DNA of 64,000 bases from an uncultured Candidatus Saccharibacteria bacterium (GTDB taxonomy: Bacteria; Patescibacteriota; Saccharimonadia; Saccharimonadales; JALRHH01), in assembly GCA_964474995.1 (NCBI GenBank), contig CAYYUY010000003.1, positions 25,347 through 89,346 of the forward strand, given 5' to 3'. Below are positions 63,922 through 64,000 of the stretch, piece after piece. The notes below the pieces were generated by a model, which saw only the letters and a program-made list of their open reading frames with translations, made no database searches and had not been told where the DNA came from. Both the position numbers and the translations under genes were made by a program. The stretch's first letter is position 1; each line of letters starts with the position of its first letter.

Positions 63922-64000
63922 GAACTGACAGATTGGAGCAGAATATGTGTACAAGCCAAGTCCCAATTTCACAAAATGACACTTTTTTGAGATTTTTGCA

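Noticed and set aside
1-64000. tRNA or rRNA genes, CRISPR arrays, transposases, integrases, prophage blocks, and reverse-transcriptase or DGR elements.
   Set aside because: I scanned the intergenic gaps and the ORF translations. I found no T-loop or acceptor-like tRNA signatures, no regularly spaced repeats, and no recombinase or RT motifs. This was a by-eye search, so small elements could have been missed.

Overview
This 64-kb window is gene-dense (about 65 protein-coding genes) and I found no rRNA, tRNA, CRISPR array, transposase or integrase by eye. The right end is the classic origin-proximal block on the minus strand: jag, yidC, rnpA and rpmH. The rpmH gene (45 aa) is absent from the ORF track. 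It is followed by an intergenic region with three phased DnaA-box-like 9-mers.

Gene content suggests a small-genome, monoderm-like bacterium of the Patescibacteria/Saccharibacteria type. The signs are many membrane-anchored or secreted hypothetical proteins, a LexA N-terminal-only protein, a MutY-like protein with no cysteines, and frequent start/stop overlaps. This taxonomic call is my inference and cannot be verified here.

- **1-21 kb:** housekeeping and transport genes. These include an MFS transporter, a MurC-like ligase, TsaC, MscS, MutY-like and AlkA-like glycosylases, a PIF1/RecD-like helicase, AspRS, a CNNM-type transporter, a DsbA-like protein, NRAMP and a CPA2 antiporter.
- **21.7-23.7 kb:** a G+C-rich orphan operon of three zinc-ribbon proteins running into nadD. 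One of the three is an untracked 54-aa ORF. A roughly 330-nt structured leader precedes the operon and ends in a strong intrinsic terminator 8 nt from the start codon.
- **25.7-56.6 kb:** cell-surface glycan biosynthesis. This includes GtrA, a WbaP-like phosphotransferase, GlmS, Prs, many GT2/GT4 enzymes, FnlA/CapD-type sugar dehydratases, methyltransferases, a Wzm/Wzt ABC exporter and an O-antigen-ligase-like protein.
- **35.9-51.7 kb:** a visibly AT-rich sub-island inside the glycan region. It holds a PRPP-dependent UbiA-type polyprenyl-phosphate phosphoribosyltransferase, a HAD phosphatase, a small flippase-like protein and a GT-C-like membrane protein.
- **56.7-58.2 kb:** a three-gene zeta-toxin-like module with a near-consensus promoter placed for a leaderless transcript and upstream direct repeats.
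- **58.2-61.7 kb:** two secreted or anchored proteins, one a 922-aa SGNH hydrolase.

All functional calls come from motif recognition in the supplied translations and my own reading of the DNA. No database search was possible.
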